NCBI GenBank assembly: GCA_964649825.1
Contig: CAZYQW010000029.1
Location: forward strand, 69,735-133,734
Length of the DNA stretch: 64,000 nt
Direction of reading: 5' to 3'
DNA from: an uncultured Phycisphaeraceae bacterium
GTDB taxonomy: Bacteria > Planctomycetota > B15-G4 > JADJEK01
A program made the translations under genes and the position numbers. Every line of letters begins with the position of its first letter. Position 1 is the stretch's first letter. The notes beneath the pieces are model-generated. The model saw nothing but the letters and a program-made list of their open reading frames with translations. It did no database searches and was not told the origin of the DNA. Positions 18,895-27,870 of the stretch are shown here, piece by piece.

Positions 18895-19914
18895 TTAGCG
18901 GCGCGCGGCGCCCCCGCTCTCCAACGGCGGGCACGCGGCGAAGAACGCGCGGAGGGCGTCCCCGGCTCCTTCCGTCTCCCACGGCGGACGCACGGGCCAC
19001 GAGTGCAGCACGTCGACCGAGTTCTCGGTCGCGGTCGCGCCGCCCGAGACGACGAGCGCGATCTCGGCGTTCTGCCGGTGGATCCGCGCCCCCGCGTCCT
19101 GCTCGCGTTCGCGATAGAACTCCGCGATCCGTCGCTCGCTCTCCTGCACCGCGGCCGTCATCTCCGCGATCAGCTCACGCGCCTCGACCGCGAACCTCCC
19201 TCCCGTCTCCCCGTGCTCGGCGAGGTAGCGTCGCGCCGCGGCCCAGGCGAGGACCATCGGCTGCTTGTCATACTCGACGCCCTTCGCCTTCGACGCGAAG
19301 GCGGCGGCGATCCGGTAGGTCGCCTCCTCGCGGAGCACGCTGTCCGCGCATCGCGACACGAGCCGCGCGTAGGCCTCGGCCGCGAGGTCGAACTCGGCGT
19401 TGGCGCGATGTTGATCCCCGAGAAGGAGCCACGCCTCGTCGACCCTCTCGTACGCCGGGTACTGCACGACGAGGTAGCCGAGCGCCTCGATCGCCGCGCG
19501 GCGGTCGATCACGATTCCGCCGAGCAGCGGCTTCGGATGCTCGGCCAGACCAACGCCGATCGCGAACAACCGATCCGGAACGACCACGTGCGTCCGGCTC
19601 AGGGGAAAGTCGTCGGCGAGCCGGCGATACTGGAGGAGCGCGGTCTCGAAGTCGCCGGACTGATAACGCGACTCGGCGGCGAGGAATCGCACCGTCTCGG
19701 TCTTCTCGTAGTCCGGCCGCTCCGTCAGGATCGATTCGCAATACGCGAGGCACTCCTCGTGACGCGCCGCCTTGAACAGGCTGACCGCGCGCGCGAGAAG
19801 ATCGTCCGAACCCTCGTTCCCCGCGTCGGGCTCCCGACCGTCCTTCGTCCTCGCCGGCGCGAAACAGCCGCCGATCGCGACCACGAGCGCGACCGCGATC
19901 CACGGTTGCTTCAC
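18895..19914 (-). CDS. TPR-repeat outer-membrane lipoprotein (BamD/YfiO-like).
   Basis: MKQPWIAVALVVAIGGCFAPA has a lipobox. TPR-like helical repeats follow. It is the last gene of the metal-uptake operon and overlaps the permease stop by 4 nt. Confidence 0.6.
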   Translation of the reverse strand: MKQPWIAVALVVAIGGCFAPARTKDGREPDAGNEGSDDLLARAVSLFKAARHEECLAYCESILTERPDYEKTETVRFLAAESRYQSGDFETALLQYRRLADDFPLSRTHVVVPDRLFAIGVGLAEHPKPLLGGIVIDRRAAIEALGYLVVQYPAYERVDEAWLLLGDQHRANAEFDLAAEAYARLVSRCADSVLREEATYRIAAAFASKAKGVEYDKQPMVLAWAAARRYLAEHGETGGRFAVEARELIAEMTAAVQESERRIAEFYREREQDAGARIHRQNAEIALVVSGGATATENSVDVLHSWPVRPPWETEGAGDALRAFFAACPPLESGGAARR

Positions 19915-21158
19915 GGCCGCACCTCGATCACGACCTCTTTCGCCGAACAGACGTCGGGGGGAAGCAGCTCCGTACCCTCGTCCGGCTCGAGCGGATCGCC
20001 CGTCCAGAGGCTCGCCGACAGCGTGTACCTCGCCGGCGCGAGCTCGCCCGTCGCGATTTCGACCCGGCCCGCCGCGCGCTTCGACACGAGCGGGAGCTTC
20101 TCCACCCCCAGCGCGTCGCCGGCGTCGATCACGAGGTAGAGGTTCGCCGGCGCGGCACCACGGATCCGTATCACGTAGTCGACGGCCAGCACCGCGCCGC
20201 GCCGGACCTCGGTCTCATGCGCGACCAGCTCGAGGTCGACGTGAAACGACTCGACGCTTGCCGCGGACTCGGACCCCGCCGGTCGCGGGGCGTCATCGCG
20301 CGCCGATACGACCGTCCACGCGATCAACCCCACCAACGTCGCGGCGCCGAGCGCGGGATGAACGCGGTACGAGAGTGCGCTCAACAGAAAGCCCGCCGCG
20401 GTCACGACGATCGCGGGTCCGGTCGGAAAGTCGAACAGGATCGAGAACAGCACGCCGGCCACCGCCGTCGCGATCGCCGTCGCGATCGACGCGGCGAAGA
20501 CGCGGCCGAGACGATCGACGAGCAGCAGTCCCGTCATCGGCGGCAGGATCAGGAACGCGAACGCCAGCAGCGATCCCGCCGTTCCGATCGAGAGCGCGAT
20601 CACGACTCCGAACGACAGGAACAGGAGCACGTTGAACAGACCGGTCCGAACGCCGAGCGTGCGTGCCGTCTCGACGTCGAACGAGACCATCAGGAACTCG
20701 CGCGCGAAGAGGACGTGGATGACGACGATCGCGGCCATGCCGCACGCGAGGACGACGACCTGATGGCTCGTCGTGAACAGCAGCGATCCGTAGATGATGT
20801 GCTCGACCTGATCGAGCTCGGCACCCGACCGCGAGACGAGCAGGACGGACACGGCCGACGCGACCGCGAACGCGACGGCGACGATCCCGTCCCGCGGGAC
20901 TCGGACCGGCGACCGGCCGCGCGAGAAGAGCAGGACGCCGGCGAGCGCCGAGAGCACCGCGGCCGGCAGCGGCGCGAGATGGAGGAAGAACGCGAGGGCG
21001 ACGCCGGCCCCCGCGATCTGCGCCGTCGCGATCCCTACGAACGAGACCCGGCGCAGGACGACGTAGACGCCGACGATCGAGCAGCCCAGCGCGATGAGGA
21101 CGGCCGCGAGGTACGCGTAGCGGTAGGTCGACAGGAGATCGAGCCACGCGACCCTCAT
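19911..21158 (-). CDS. znuB: Metal ABC transporter permease (ZnuB/MntB, ABC-3 family) with an unusual C-terminal domain of about 130 aa.
   Basis: The N-terminal ~280 aa form a polytopic ABC-3 permease. The C-terminal SFHVDLELVAHETEVRRGAVLAVDYVIRIRG...YTLSASLWTGDPLEP looks like a beta-sandwich. Total length is 415 aa against 260-290 typical. Confidence 0.85.
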   Translation of the reverse strand: MRVAWLDLLSTYRYAYLAAVLIALGCSIVGVYVVLRRVSFVGIATAQIAGAGVALAFFLHLAPLPAAVLSALAGVLLFSRGRSPVRVPRDGIVAVAFAVASAVSVLLVSRSGAELDQVEHIIYGSLLFTTSHQVVVLACGMAAIVVIHVLFAREFLMVSFDVETARTLGVRTGLFNVLLFLSFGVVIALSIGTAGSLLAFAFLILPPMTGLLLVDRLGRVFAASIATAIATAVAGVLFSILFDFPTGPAIVVTAAGFLLSALSYRVHPALGAATLVGLIAWTVVSARDDAPRPAGSESAASVESFHVDLELVAHETEVRRGAVLAVDYVIRIRGAAPANLYLVIDAGDALGVEKLPLVSKRAAGRVEIATGELAPARYTLSASLWTGDPLEPDEGTELLPPDVCSAKEVVIEVRP

Positions 21159-21919
21159 CGCGCCGGCTCCCGAGCGATGACCAGGCGTCTTCCTCCGACC
21201 TCGTGCACGTCGATCGGCACGCCGTAGATCTCGCTCAAGCGCGGCGGCAGCAGGATCTCGTCGCGCGGGCCGATCGTCACCGCGCCGTCATGGACGAGAG
21301 CGATGTGCGTCGCGGCTCCGGCGACGAGGTTCAGGAGGTGCGTCACGAACAGGATCGTCACGTTCCGATCGCGGCAGAGCGCCGTCACGACGTCCATGAT
21401 CCCGCGCTCGGACCCGATGTCCATTCCGTTCGTCGGCTCGTCGAGCACGAGCAGGTCGGGCTGCGCGGCCAGCGCGCGCGCGATCAACGACCGCTGCTGT
21501 TGGCCGCCGGACAGGTCACGGAACAGCTCGTGCTTCAGGTGGAGGATTCCGAGCTGCACGCAGGCCTCGTCGACCGCTTCGAGGTCTTCCGCCTTGGCAC
21601 GGCGCAACGGTCCGATCCGCGGGTAGCGCCCCATCAAGACGAGGTCGAACACGCGGAGGGGAAAGACTGGATCGATCGAGAGGCGCTGCGGAACGTAGCC
21701 GACCCGCACGTTGGGCGCGAGGCGGGAGACGCGGCCGCGGCTCGGCTCGAGCACGCCGAGCGCGGCGCGAAGCAGCGTCGTCTTCCCCGAGCCGTTCGGG
21801 CCGACGATGCCGACGAACGAGCCCGCCTCGACGTCGAACGAGACGTCGCGCAGGACGGCCCGACGGCCGTACGCGAACGACGCGGCCTCGAACCGGAGGA
21901 TGGCTTGCGCCGGAGCCAC
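21155..21919 (-). CDS. znuC: Metal ABC transporter ATP-binding protein (ZnuC/MntA-like).
   Basis: Walker A is GPNGSGKTTL, the signature is LSGGQQQR and Walker B is LLVLDEP. It overlaps the permease start by 4 nt. Confidence 0.9.
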   Translation of the reverse strand: MAPAQAILRFEAASFAYGRRAVLRDVSFDVEAGSFVGIVGPNGSGKTTLLRAALGVLEPSRGRVSRLAPNVRVGYVPQRLSIDPVFPLRVFDLVLMGRYPRIGPLRRAKAEDLEAVDEACVQLGILHLKHELFRDLSGGQQQRSLIARALAAQPDLLVLDEPTNGMDIGSERGIMDVVTALCRDRNVTILFVTHLLNLVAGAATHIALVHDGAVTIGPRDEILLPPRLSEIYGVPIDVHEVGGRRLVIAREPAR

Positions 21920-21924
21920 GCGCG

Positions 21925-22830
21925 TCAGCGAAGCGCCCCGAGGATCGCGTCGAGGTCCTTCTCGATCAGGTCCTGGTAGGAGTCGGTGCCGGGCGCGAAG
22001 CCCGGGAGCGTGCCGAGCGTGACGACGGTGACGTCCGTCCGCTCCACCAGGAACCTCGTGGCCGATTCATCGTGGAACGGTTCGCGCACGACCACCTGGA
22101 CGCCCCGCTTCTGGATCGTGTCGATCACGTCGAGCAGATGCTTCTGCGTGGGAGGGATCCGCGGCTTCACCTCGACCGTCTCCACCACCTGGAACCCGAA
22201 GCGGCGCGTGAAGTAGGGGAACGAATCGTGATAGACCACGAGCGGCGTGTTCTTCCTCGGGATCGCTCGCTTCAGCCAGTCCCGCAGGCGCGACCTGACG
22301 TCGGTCTCGAACGCCTCGCGGTTCGCGAGGAAGACCTTCGCGGAGCTCGGGTCGATCGCGGTCAGGCCGGCCGCCACGGTCTGCGCGATCGCGATCGCGT
22401 TGAGCGGGTCCATCCAGTAGTGCGGGTTGCCGTAGATGTGGACGTCGCCCTCGGCGCGGCTCGGGTTCTCCGGCACTTGGAGCAGCTTGATCCCGAGCGA
22501 TGCGTCGATGTTCCCCGGCTTGCCGGCCGCGATCCTCGGGTTGCGCGATCCCTTGATCGCCGGATCCGCCCAGAGCTCGAGGTCGAGCCCGGAGTGCACG
22601 AACGCGTCCACGCTCTGAAGGCGCGCGAACACGGACGGCTTCGCCTCGACCGCGTGCACGTCGCCGCTCGGGAGGGTGATGCTCGTAACGGTGACGCGCT
22701 CGCCGCCCACCTGCGCCGCGATGCTGCCGAGCGCGGGGTGCGTGGCCACGACTTCGAGCGTGCGCGACGACACGTCGTCCGCGCCCGCGATGCTTGACAG
22801 GAGGAGGATCGTCGTGGAGAAGATGCTCAT
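21925..22830 (-). CDS. znuA: Metal ABC transporter substrate-binding protein (ZnuA/TroA-like).
   Basis: The internal start MSIFSTTILLLSSIAGADD is a signal peptide. HIYGNPHYWMDP and VVYHDSFPYF are TroA-family metal-site motifs. The protein is 301 aa. Confidence 0.85.
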   Translation of the reverse strand: MSIFSTTILLLSSIAGADDVSSRTLEVVATHPALGSIAAQVGGERVTVTSITLPSGDVHAVEAKPSVFARLQSVDAFVHSGLDLELWADPAIKGSRNPRIAAGKPGNIDASLGIKLLQVPENPSRAEGDVHIYGNPHYWMDPLNAIAIAQTVAAGLTAIDPSSAKVFLANREAFETDVRSRLRDWLKRAIPRKNTPLVVYHDSFPYFTRRFGFQVVETVEVKPRIPPTQKHLLDVIDTIQKRGVQVVVREPFHDESATRFLVERTDVTVVTLGTLPGFAPGTDSYQDLIEKDLDAILGALR

Positions 22831-24179
22831 CGGTTCACCCAGTACGGTTCGGGGGGATGCGCGCCGAAGACCCAGACGAGCTGAGCGGAGAGGCCGTGGT
22901 TCGTCGCCGAGCTGCCGTCGGTCTCGCCACGGATGAAGTTGTACTGGAAGCGCAGGCGAATGAACTCGTTCACGTAATGCGTGACGTACGGCGCGATGCC
23001 CCAGATGCTCGCGTCCTCGAGGAACGGTGACTGGGCCGCGTCGAAGCGGACGCCGGCGTACCACTGCGAGTCGAGCTGGTTCTGCACCGTGAGGTACCCG
23101 CCGAGCCCGTCGACCGAACCGCGCCCCTCGCCAGTGTCGACCGAGCTGCCGATCAGCTCCGCCTGGATGAGCCACGCGTCGTACGAACCGGGCTCGGGGT
23201 CGTCCCACCTCCACGTGAGGTCGGTGCCCACCACCGTGCTCGCCTCGTGCGGGCCGGACGAATTGCCGGGAGTGAACAGGAACGACAGCCCCGCCTCGAA
23301 GTCCGAGTTCGGGGTGACCTGCCAGAAGTTCCTCCAGTGGACGTTCGCCGCCGCCTGGTTCTTCGTCTCCGTCCCGAACAGCGGCGCCTCCTCGTTCACG
23401 GCGTTGATCGCCTGCACCGTGAGCTCCGAGTGGGTGGGGAAGAGCCCCCCTTCGGGCATCGTGAAGAGCACCTTCGAGACCGAGATCCCGGGCGATCCGG
23501 TCCCTTCGTCCCCGAACAGCAGCCGGTGCGCGATCGGCCGATCGATCTGCGGGAGGTCATGCTGATGGATGCGGTTCGCGCGGCCGAAGTCGAGGAGGAA
23601 CTTGCCCACCGTCGCCGACAGGTCCCACGGCAGCGAATGGAACGTGATGTACGCCTCCTCGAACGCCGTCTCCTCGTCGCCGACCGCGAGGATCGCGACG
23701 CCGTCCGCTTCCGGGCTGACCGGCGCGCGGAGCTCGATCTCGGTCTCGCGCAAGGTGAAGACGTTGGTCTCCTCGAACAACCCGGGGAACGCTTCCTCGA
23801 TCTTCATGCGGCTGCCGCTCACGCGGATGTCCTGCGTCTGCGCCGTGAAGTCGGGGATCACCGAGATGGTCGGATTCAGGATCGACGGCGAGCTGCTCGG
23901 CCGCACCGACGGCGGCGGACCGGATGCCTCCGCGAGCCGGAGGAGCTCGTCGAGCTCGTCCTCTTCGAGCTTCTGCTCCTGCTCCGACTTCAGCGCGCCG
24001 AGCAGGGCCTCGAGCGAGCGGATTCGTTCCGCGTGCTCGCGGTTCTGCTCGTCCTGTTGCCGCCGTTGCTGCTCGATCAACTCCTTCAACTCGGCCGCCG
24101 TCGGGGGCGGCGTGCTCGGTGTCTGCGCCGACGCCAGCCCGCCCGCCGAGACGACCAGTGCGATCATGATGCGTTGCAT
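22827..24179 (-). CDS. Outer-membrane beta-barrel porin with an N-terminal coiled coil (phosphate-selective porin O/P-like). It is the first gene of the metal-uptake operon.
   Basis: The internal start is MQRIMIALVVSAGGLASAQ (signal peptide). The coiled coil reads AELKELIEQQRRQQDEQNREHAERIRSLEALLGALKSEQEQKLEEDELDELLRLAE. Alternating amphipathic beta strands follow, ending in a C-terminal aromatic (VWVFGAHPPEPYWVNR). ATGA overlap with znuA. Confidence 0.7.
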   Translation of the reverse strand: MQRIMIALVVSAGGLASAQTPSTPPPTAAELKELIEQQRRQQDEQNREHAERIRSLEALLGALKSEQEQKLEEDELDELLRLAEASGPPPSVRPSSSPSILNPTISVIPDFTAQTQDIRVSGSRMKIEEAFPGLFEETNVFTLRETEIELRAPVSPEADGVAILAVGDEETAFEEAYITFHSLPWDLSATVGKFLLDFGRANRIHQHDLPQIDRPIAHRLLFGDEGTGSPGISVSKVLFTMPEGGLFPTHSELTVQAINAVNEEAPLFGTETKNQAAANVHWRNFWQVTPNSDFEAGLSFLFTPGNSSGPHEASTVVGTDLTWRWDDPEPGSYDAWLIQAELIGSSVDTGEGRGSVDGLGGYLTVQNQLDSQWYAGVRFDAAQSPFLEDASIWGIAPYVTHYVNEFIRLRFQYNFIRGETDGSSATNHGLSAQLVWVFGAHPPEPYWVNR

Positions 24180-24267
24180 CGTTCTCCTCTCGCTATGACG
24201 TATGCCAGGCGCCGCCCGAGACGCCCGATGCGCCCGGGCCGCGGCAGCCTGGTCGAGCTCGATGGAG

Positions 24268-24588
24268 CTAGTCGCGGAGAGGAGGAGCCCGTGGTCCCGA
24301 TGCGCCGAAGGGGAAGAGTTCGACGTGGACGTCGACGGGAACGGCGTCCGGATGGACCTCGATCGGTGCAGCACGAGCGCGTTCGCACGAAATGTCGATC
24401 GTCACGAACCGCTTGGACGCGAGGCAGAGCGCGCAGGAATCGTCGTGATGTGCGTCGGGTTCGCCGTCGCACGCGGTCGGCCCGGTCGCGTCGTGCGGAT
24501 TCCCGCACTCGTGGTGACGCTCGGCGTGGAACAGCCCCGCGTGCAGCGTCGACGCCGGCACCACGAGGGCGAGAAGAACGAAGAACAA
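24268..24588 (-). CDS. Small His/Cys-rich single-TM protein (hypothetical; start uncertain, TTG).
   Basis: The tail of the 361-aa track ORF reads (M)FFVLLALVVPASTLHAGLFHAERHHECGNPHDATGPTACDGEPDAHHDDSCALCLASKRF. It lies 88 nt upstream of the porin gene. The upstream part of the ORF is Arg/Pro junk. Confidence 0.3.
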   Translation of the reverse strand: MFFVLLALVVPASTLHAGLFHAERHHECGNPHDATGPTACDGEPDAHHDDSCALCLASKRFVTIDISCERARAAPIEVHPDAVPVDVHVELFPFGASGPRAPPLRD

Positions 24589-24854
24589 CGCCCACTGGTC
24601 ACGATGAACGTGGAACGTCGACCTCGGAGCCGCGGAGCCAGCGGCTCTCGTGGCTCCAGCGGGACCCGAGACACCCGAGTGACCGGGGGGTCGAGGGGGC
24701 GTGCGGGGAGGTCGAGGGCGACGGGAGCCGATCACGAGGAGGAGCGTACCGGAACGACTTCTTGCTGCCAAGCGTCGCCTTCCCATCGCCTTCCCGGCCC
24801 GGCTCGGCCGGGGGCGACGTCGCCGTCTCGGCGGGACGCTCCCGCGGCGCGGAC

Positions 24855-25112
24855 TCAGGCCGCCGACGATGAGGAGCGCATGGCGCGAGCGACCCCGATG
24901 GCCACTCCGAGTCCGCCCAGGATCGCGACGATCGGCAGATCGGTCACCTCCCACGCGACGGCCAGCGTGAACAGACCGGCGAGGGCGGCCATCCGGAGGT
25001 TCTCCCCGGCCAGATGGCGCCGGCGCGCCGCCGCCGGAGTGGGACCGCGCGCGTCGGCTTCGCGCTCGAGTTGATGCAGGATGTCGGCGCTCGTTCGTCC
25101 GGTTCGGTCCAT
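24855..25112 (-). CDS. Small membrane protein (hypothetical).
   Basis: MDRTGRTSADILHQLEREADARGP...MAALAGLFTLAVAWEVTDLPIVAILGGLGVAIGVA gives 2 TM helices. GC3 is high. GAGGG lies 8 nt upstream of the ATG. Confidence 0.3.
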   Translation of the reverse strand: MDRTGRTSADILHQLEREADARGPTPAAARRRHLAGENLRMAALAGLFTLAVAWEVTDLPIVAILGGLGVAIGVARAMRSSSSAA

Positions 25113-25340
25113 CGTTCGCCCTCGGGGGTGCGGAGTCCGTCGAGTCATGGAAGAAGAGACGATCCGCACCGCCGCCGCTTCCCTCGATCTTCAGGAGGGT
25201 CTTCGCTCGGTTTGTTCCCTTGATCTGCCGGAGGAAGCGCTCGACCGGAGGCCGGGTCGTCGGGCCGCTCGCCGAGCCAGTCGACGTCACCCGTCGGTGA
25301 CACGCCGATGTGCCGTTCGAAACGGAACGGGTTCGTCGTG

Positions 25341-25372
25341 ACCAAAAAAACACCTACGAAAGGTAGGCGTCC
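25341..25372 (-). terminator. Stem-loop followed by a U7 tract on the minus strand (intrinsic terminator or attenuator-like).
   Basis: On the minus strand the sequence reads ACGCCTAC-CTTTC-GTAGGTGT followed by TTTTTTT. The stem is 8 bp with one G·U pair. It sits in an AT-richer divergent intergenic region. Confidence 0.35.
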
Positions 25373-25543
25373 CGACAAGCCGTGAGTCAAACTGAAGCCG
25401 TTGGGAACCCAAATGGTCGGATCCACCCGACACTGACCGCGCCCTCGGTCGGGCCCGATACGTCCTACCGCGACACGTCCCCCGGGGATGGTTTCTCCGT
25501 TGGTTGCGGTCCTGCCGCGTTGGGATATGGATGAGGTGAAACG

Positions 25544-26980
25544 ATGATGTTCGCCATACACGCTCGTTCCCCGGCTTCGTTACGACTCGGCGGCCGCATC
25601 GCCACCGCGTTCGGCCTCGCCTTCGCCCTCTTCGCCCCGGGTTCGGCTCGCGCGCAGGTACCCGACGTCGTCGCGTTCAACGCGCTCGGACCACCGCAGA
25701 CGATCCTCGGCAAGACGATCGCCGTGAACGTGCTGATGATCAACCTGGGCGGTCCGCTGTCCGGTGACATCTCGTTCGAGGTCATTCTCACGGAGGATAC
25801 GGCCATCGACGCCGGCGACTTGGTCATCGGCGCTCAGACCGAGGCCGTCGTCGGCGCGTTCACGGTGCCCGCGACGATCCCCGACACGCTCACGCCGGGT
25901 TCCTACAACCTGGCGCTCCGCGTGCTGCCGGTGGCGGGCGAGATCAACCTCGACAACAACGAGGTGATCGGCAGCAAGCTCGAGGTCACCGACGTCAATC
26001 TCTGCATCGCGAACCCGGCCGACATCGTGAGCGTCGGCACGGTCGACGGCCCCGCGCCGCCGGCGCACGTGGTGCAGGTGCTGAACTGCGGCAGCTCCGC
26101 CGGAATCCTGATCTTCACTGTCGTCGAGAACGTCTCGTGGCTGACGGCGACGCCGAGCACGAGCTTCACGGTGGCCGGCGGCGCTCCCCAGCCGGTCATG
26201 CTGTCCTTCGACTCGACGGGACTGACGGCCGGGCAATACGCGACCCAGGTGCTGTTCCAGAACTTCCAGGACTCGACCGACTTCGAGATCCTGAACGTGA
26301 CGCTCAACATCGAGGACGTCACGATCCACTCGGGCGACCTGATCCTCGGCGAGATCGACAAGGCGAACGACTTCGACGAGGCCTTGTTCCCGGCCGTCGA
26401 AGGAATGACCTTCAAGGTCCAGGTCTCGTCCCAGACGGGCAACGTGCGACCGGTCGTCTCGATCTTGACGGAGAGCGGAGACCTGGTGAAGAGCTGGACG
26501 TTCCAGCACAGCACCAAAAAGATCACGAAGACGACCAAGCTCGCAGAGACCGGCTTCTACCGGCTGCGGATCGAGGGCGAGGGAGACACCCTGGGCGACT
26601 ACATCGTGCAAACCCGACTGAAGCTCCCGCCCGCCGCAAAGAAGGTCTCCAAGACGGTCAGCCCGAGCAGCGGGAAGGTCACGGCCGCCATGGTGGTGCT
26701 TGGTCTTCCCGACGGCATCCTGCAGTTCACCATCAAGCCGAAGAAGAACTTCACCGGACCACTCGTCGTCACGCTTCGCAGCCCCGACGGGACGGTGCTC
26801 GACGTCTCCGCCAACACGCAAACGCTGCCGAATGGAACGCTCGAGGTCCAGGGCGTGCCGTTCGTGGACGTGGGAGCGTACGAGATCGAGATCTCGGGGT
26901 TCGGCTCGGACGCCGAGAAGGTGAAGTTCACCGCGGATCCGACGAAGCCGGGAGCGGGCGCCACGGTGCTCTTGCCGTAG
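25544..26980 (+). CDS. Secreted protein with CARDB/Ig-like beta-sandwich domains (hypothetical).
   Basis: The signal peptide is MMFAIHARSPASLRLGGRIATAFGLAFALFAPGSARAQ. Repeated ~100-aa beta-rich segments follow. Third-codon-position GC is noticeably lower than in neighbouring genes. Confidence 0.75.
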   Translation: MMFAIHARSPASLRLGGRIATAFGLAFALFAPGSARAQVPDVVAFNALGPPQTILGKTIAVNVLMINLGGPLSGDISFEVILTEDTAIDAGDLVIGAQTEAVVGAFTVPATIPDTLTPGSYNLALRVLPVAGEINLDNNEVIGSKLEVTDVNLCIANPADIVSVGTVDGPAPPAHVVQVLNCGSSAGILIFTVVENVSWLTATPSTSFTVAGGAPQPVMLSFDSTGLTAGQYATQVLFQNFQDSTDFEILNVTLNIEDVTIHSGDLILGEIDKANDFDEALFPAVEGMTFKVQVSSQTGNVRPVVSILTESGDLVKSWTFQHSTKKITKTTKLAETGFYRLRIEGEGDTLGDYIVQTRLKLPPAAKKVSKTVSPSSGKVTAAMVVLGLPDGILQFTIKPKKNFTGPLVVTLRSPDGTVLDVSANTQTLPNGTLEVQGVPFVDVGAYEIEISGFGSDAEKVKFTADPTKPGAGATVLLP

Positions 26981-27046
26981 AACCGCGTTCGACTCTCTTC
27001 GTCCCGTGTGCTGAATCGATATCCTCGCCGTCCGAAAGGACGACGA

Positions 27047-27805
27047 ATGGAAGATCAACCCAAGCTCTCCGAGCTCAAGGCCCAGCACACGCCCGAGAAG
27101 ATCCGTAAGCAGCTCGAGGAAGGGCCGCGGACGAGCTACCTGAAGGACGTCGTCTTCGGCGCGGTCGACGGGACGGTCACGACGTTCGCCGTCGTATCGG
27201 GAGTCGCCGGGGCCGGCCTGTCGGAAGGCGTGGTCGTGATCCTCGGCCTCGCGAATCTGTTCGCGGACGCGTTCAGCATGGCGGTGGGCGACTTCCTCGG
27301 GACCAACGCCGAACGGCAGCGCCTCGATCGCGAGCGGCGCGCGGAGGAGCATCACATCGCGGTCTATCCCGAGGGGGAGCGCGAGGAGGTTCGTCAGATC
27401 TTCCGGATGAAGGGGTTCGAGGGCGATGATCTCGAGCGGGCCGTCGAGATCATCACGTCCGACGTGGAACGCTGGGTCGACACGATGTTGAGGGAGCAGC
27501 ACGGGCACGAGGGTGCGCGGGCCAACCCGTGGATCGCCGGCATCCTTACCTTCGCGGCATTCGCCGTCGCGGGCTCGATCCCGCTGATCCCGTTCCTCCT
27601 GCGGTTCGCCGGCATCGACGTGGAGCACCCGTACGCGCAGAGCCTGTGCTTGACCGCGATGGCGTTCCTCGTGATCGGCGCCGCGAAGGGAAAGCGCGTC
27701 GGGCAACGCACCCTCGTCGCCGCGCTCGAGACGCTCGCGATCGGAGGCGCCGCGGCGGCTTTGGCGTACGGCGTCGGCTACCTGCTCCAGGGCGTCGCGA
27801 CGTAA
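27047..27805 (+). CDS. VIT1/CCC1-family iron/manganese transporter.
   Basis: VVFGAVDGTVTTFAVVSGVAGAGL, a cytoplasmic loop rich in E/R/H, and a C-terminal TM bundle match the family. AAGGA lies 8 nt before the ATG at 27047. Confidence 0.85.
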   Translation: MEDQPKLSELKAQHTPEKIRKQLEEGPRTSYLKDVVFGAVDGTVTTFAVVSGVAGAGLSEGVVVILGLANLFADAFSMAVGDFLGTNAERQRLDRERRAEEHHIAVYPEGEREEVRQIFRMKGFEGDDLERAVEIITSDVERWVDTMLREQHGHEGARANPWIAGILTFAAFAVAGSIPLIPFLLRFAGIDVEHPYAQSLCLTAMAFLVIGAAKGKRVGQRTLVAALETLAIGGAAAALAYGVGYLLQGVAT

Positions 27806-27870
27806 GGGTTCGCACCAAGAATCACGTCCCGTTTTGTGCGGCCTGCTCCACCCCTGGCTGCGCCGCGACG

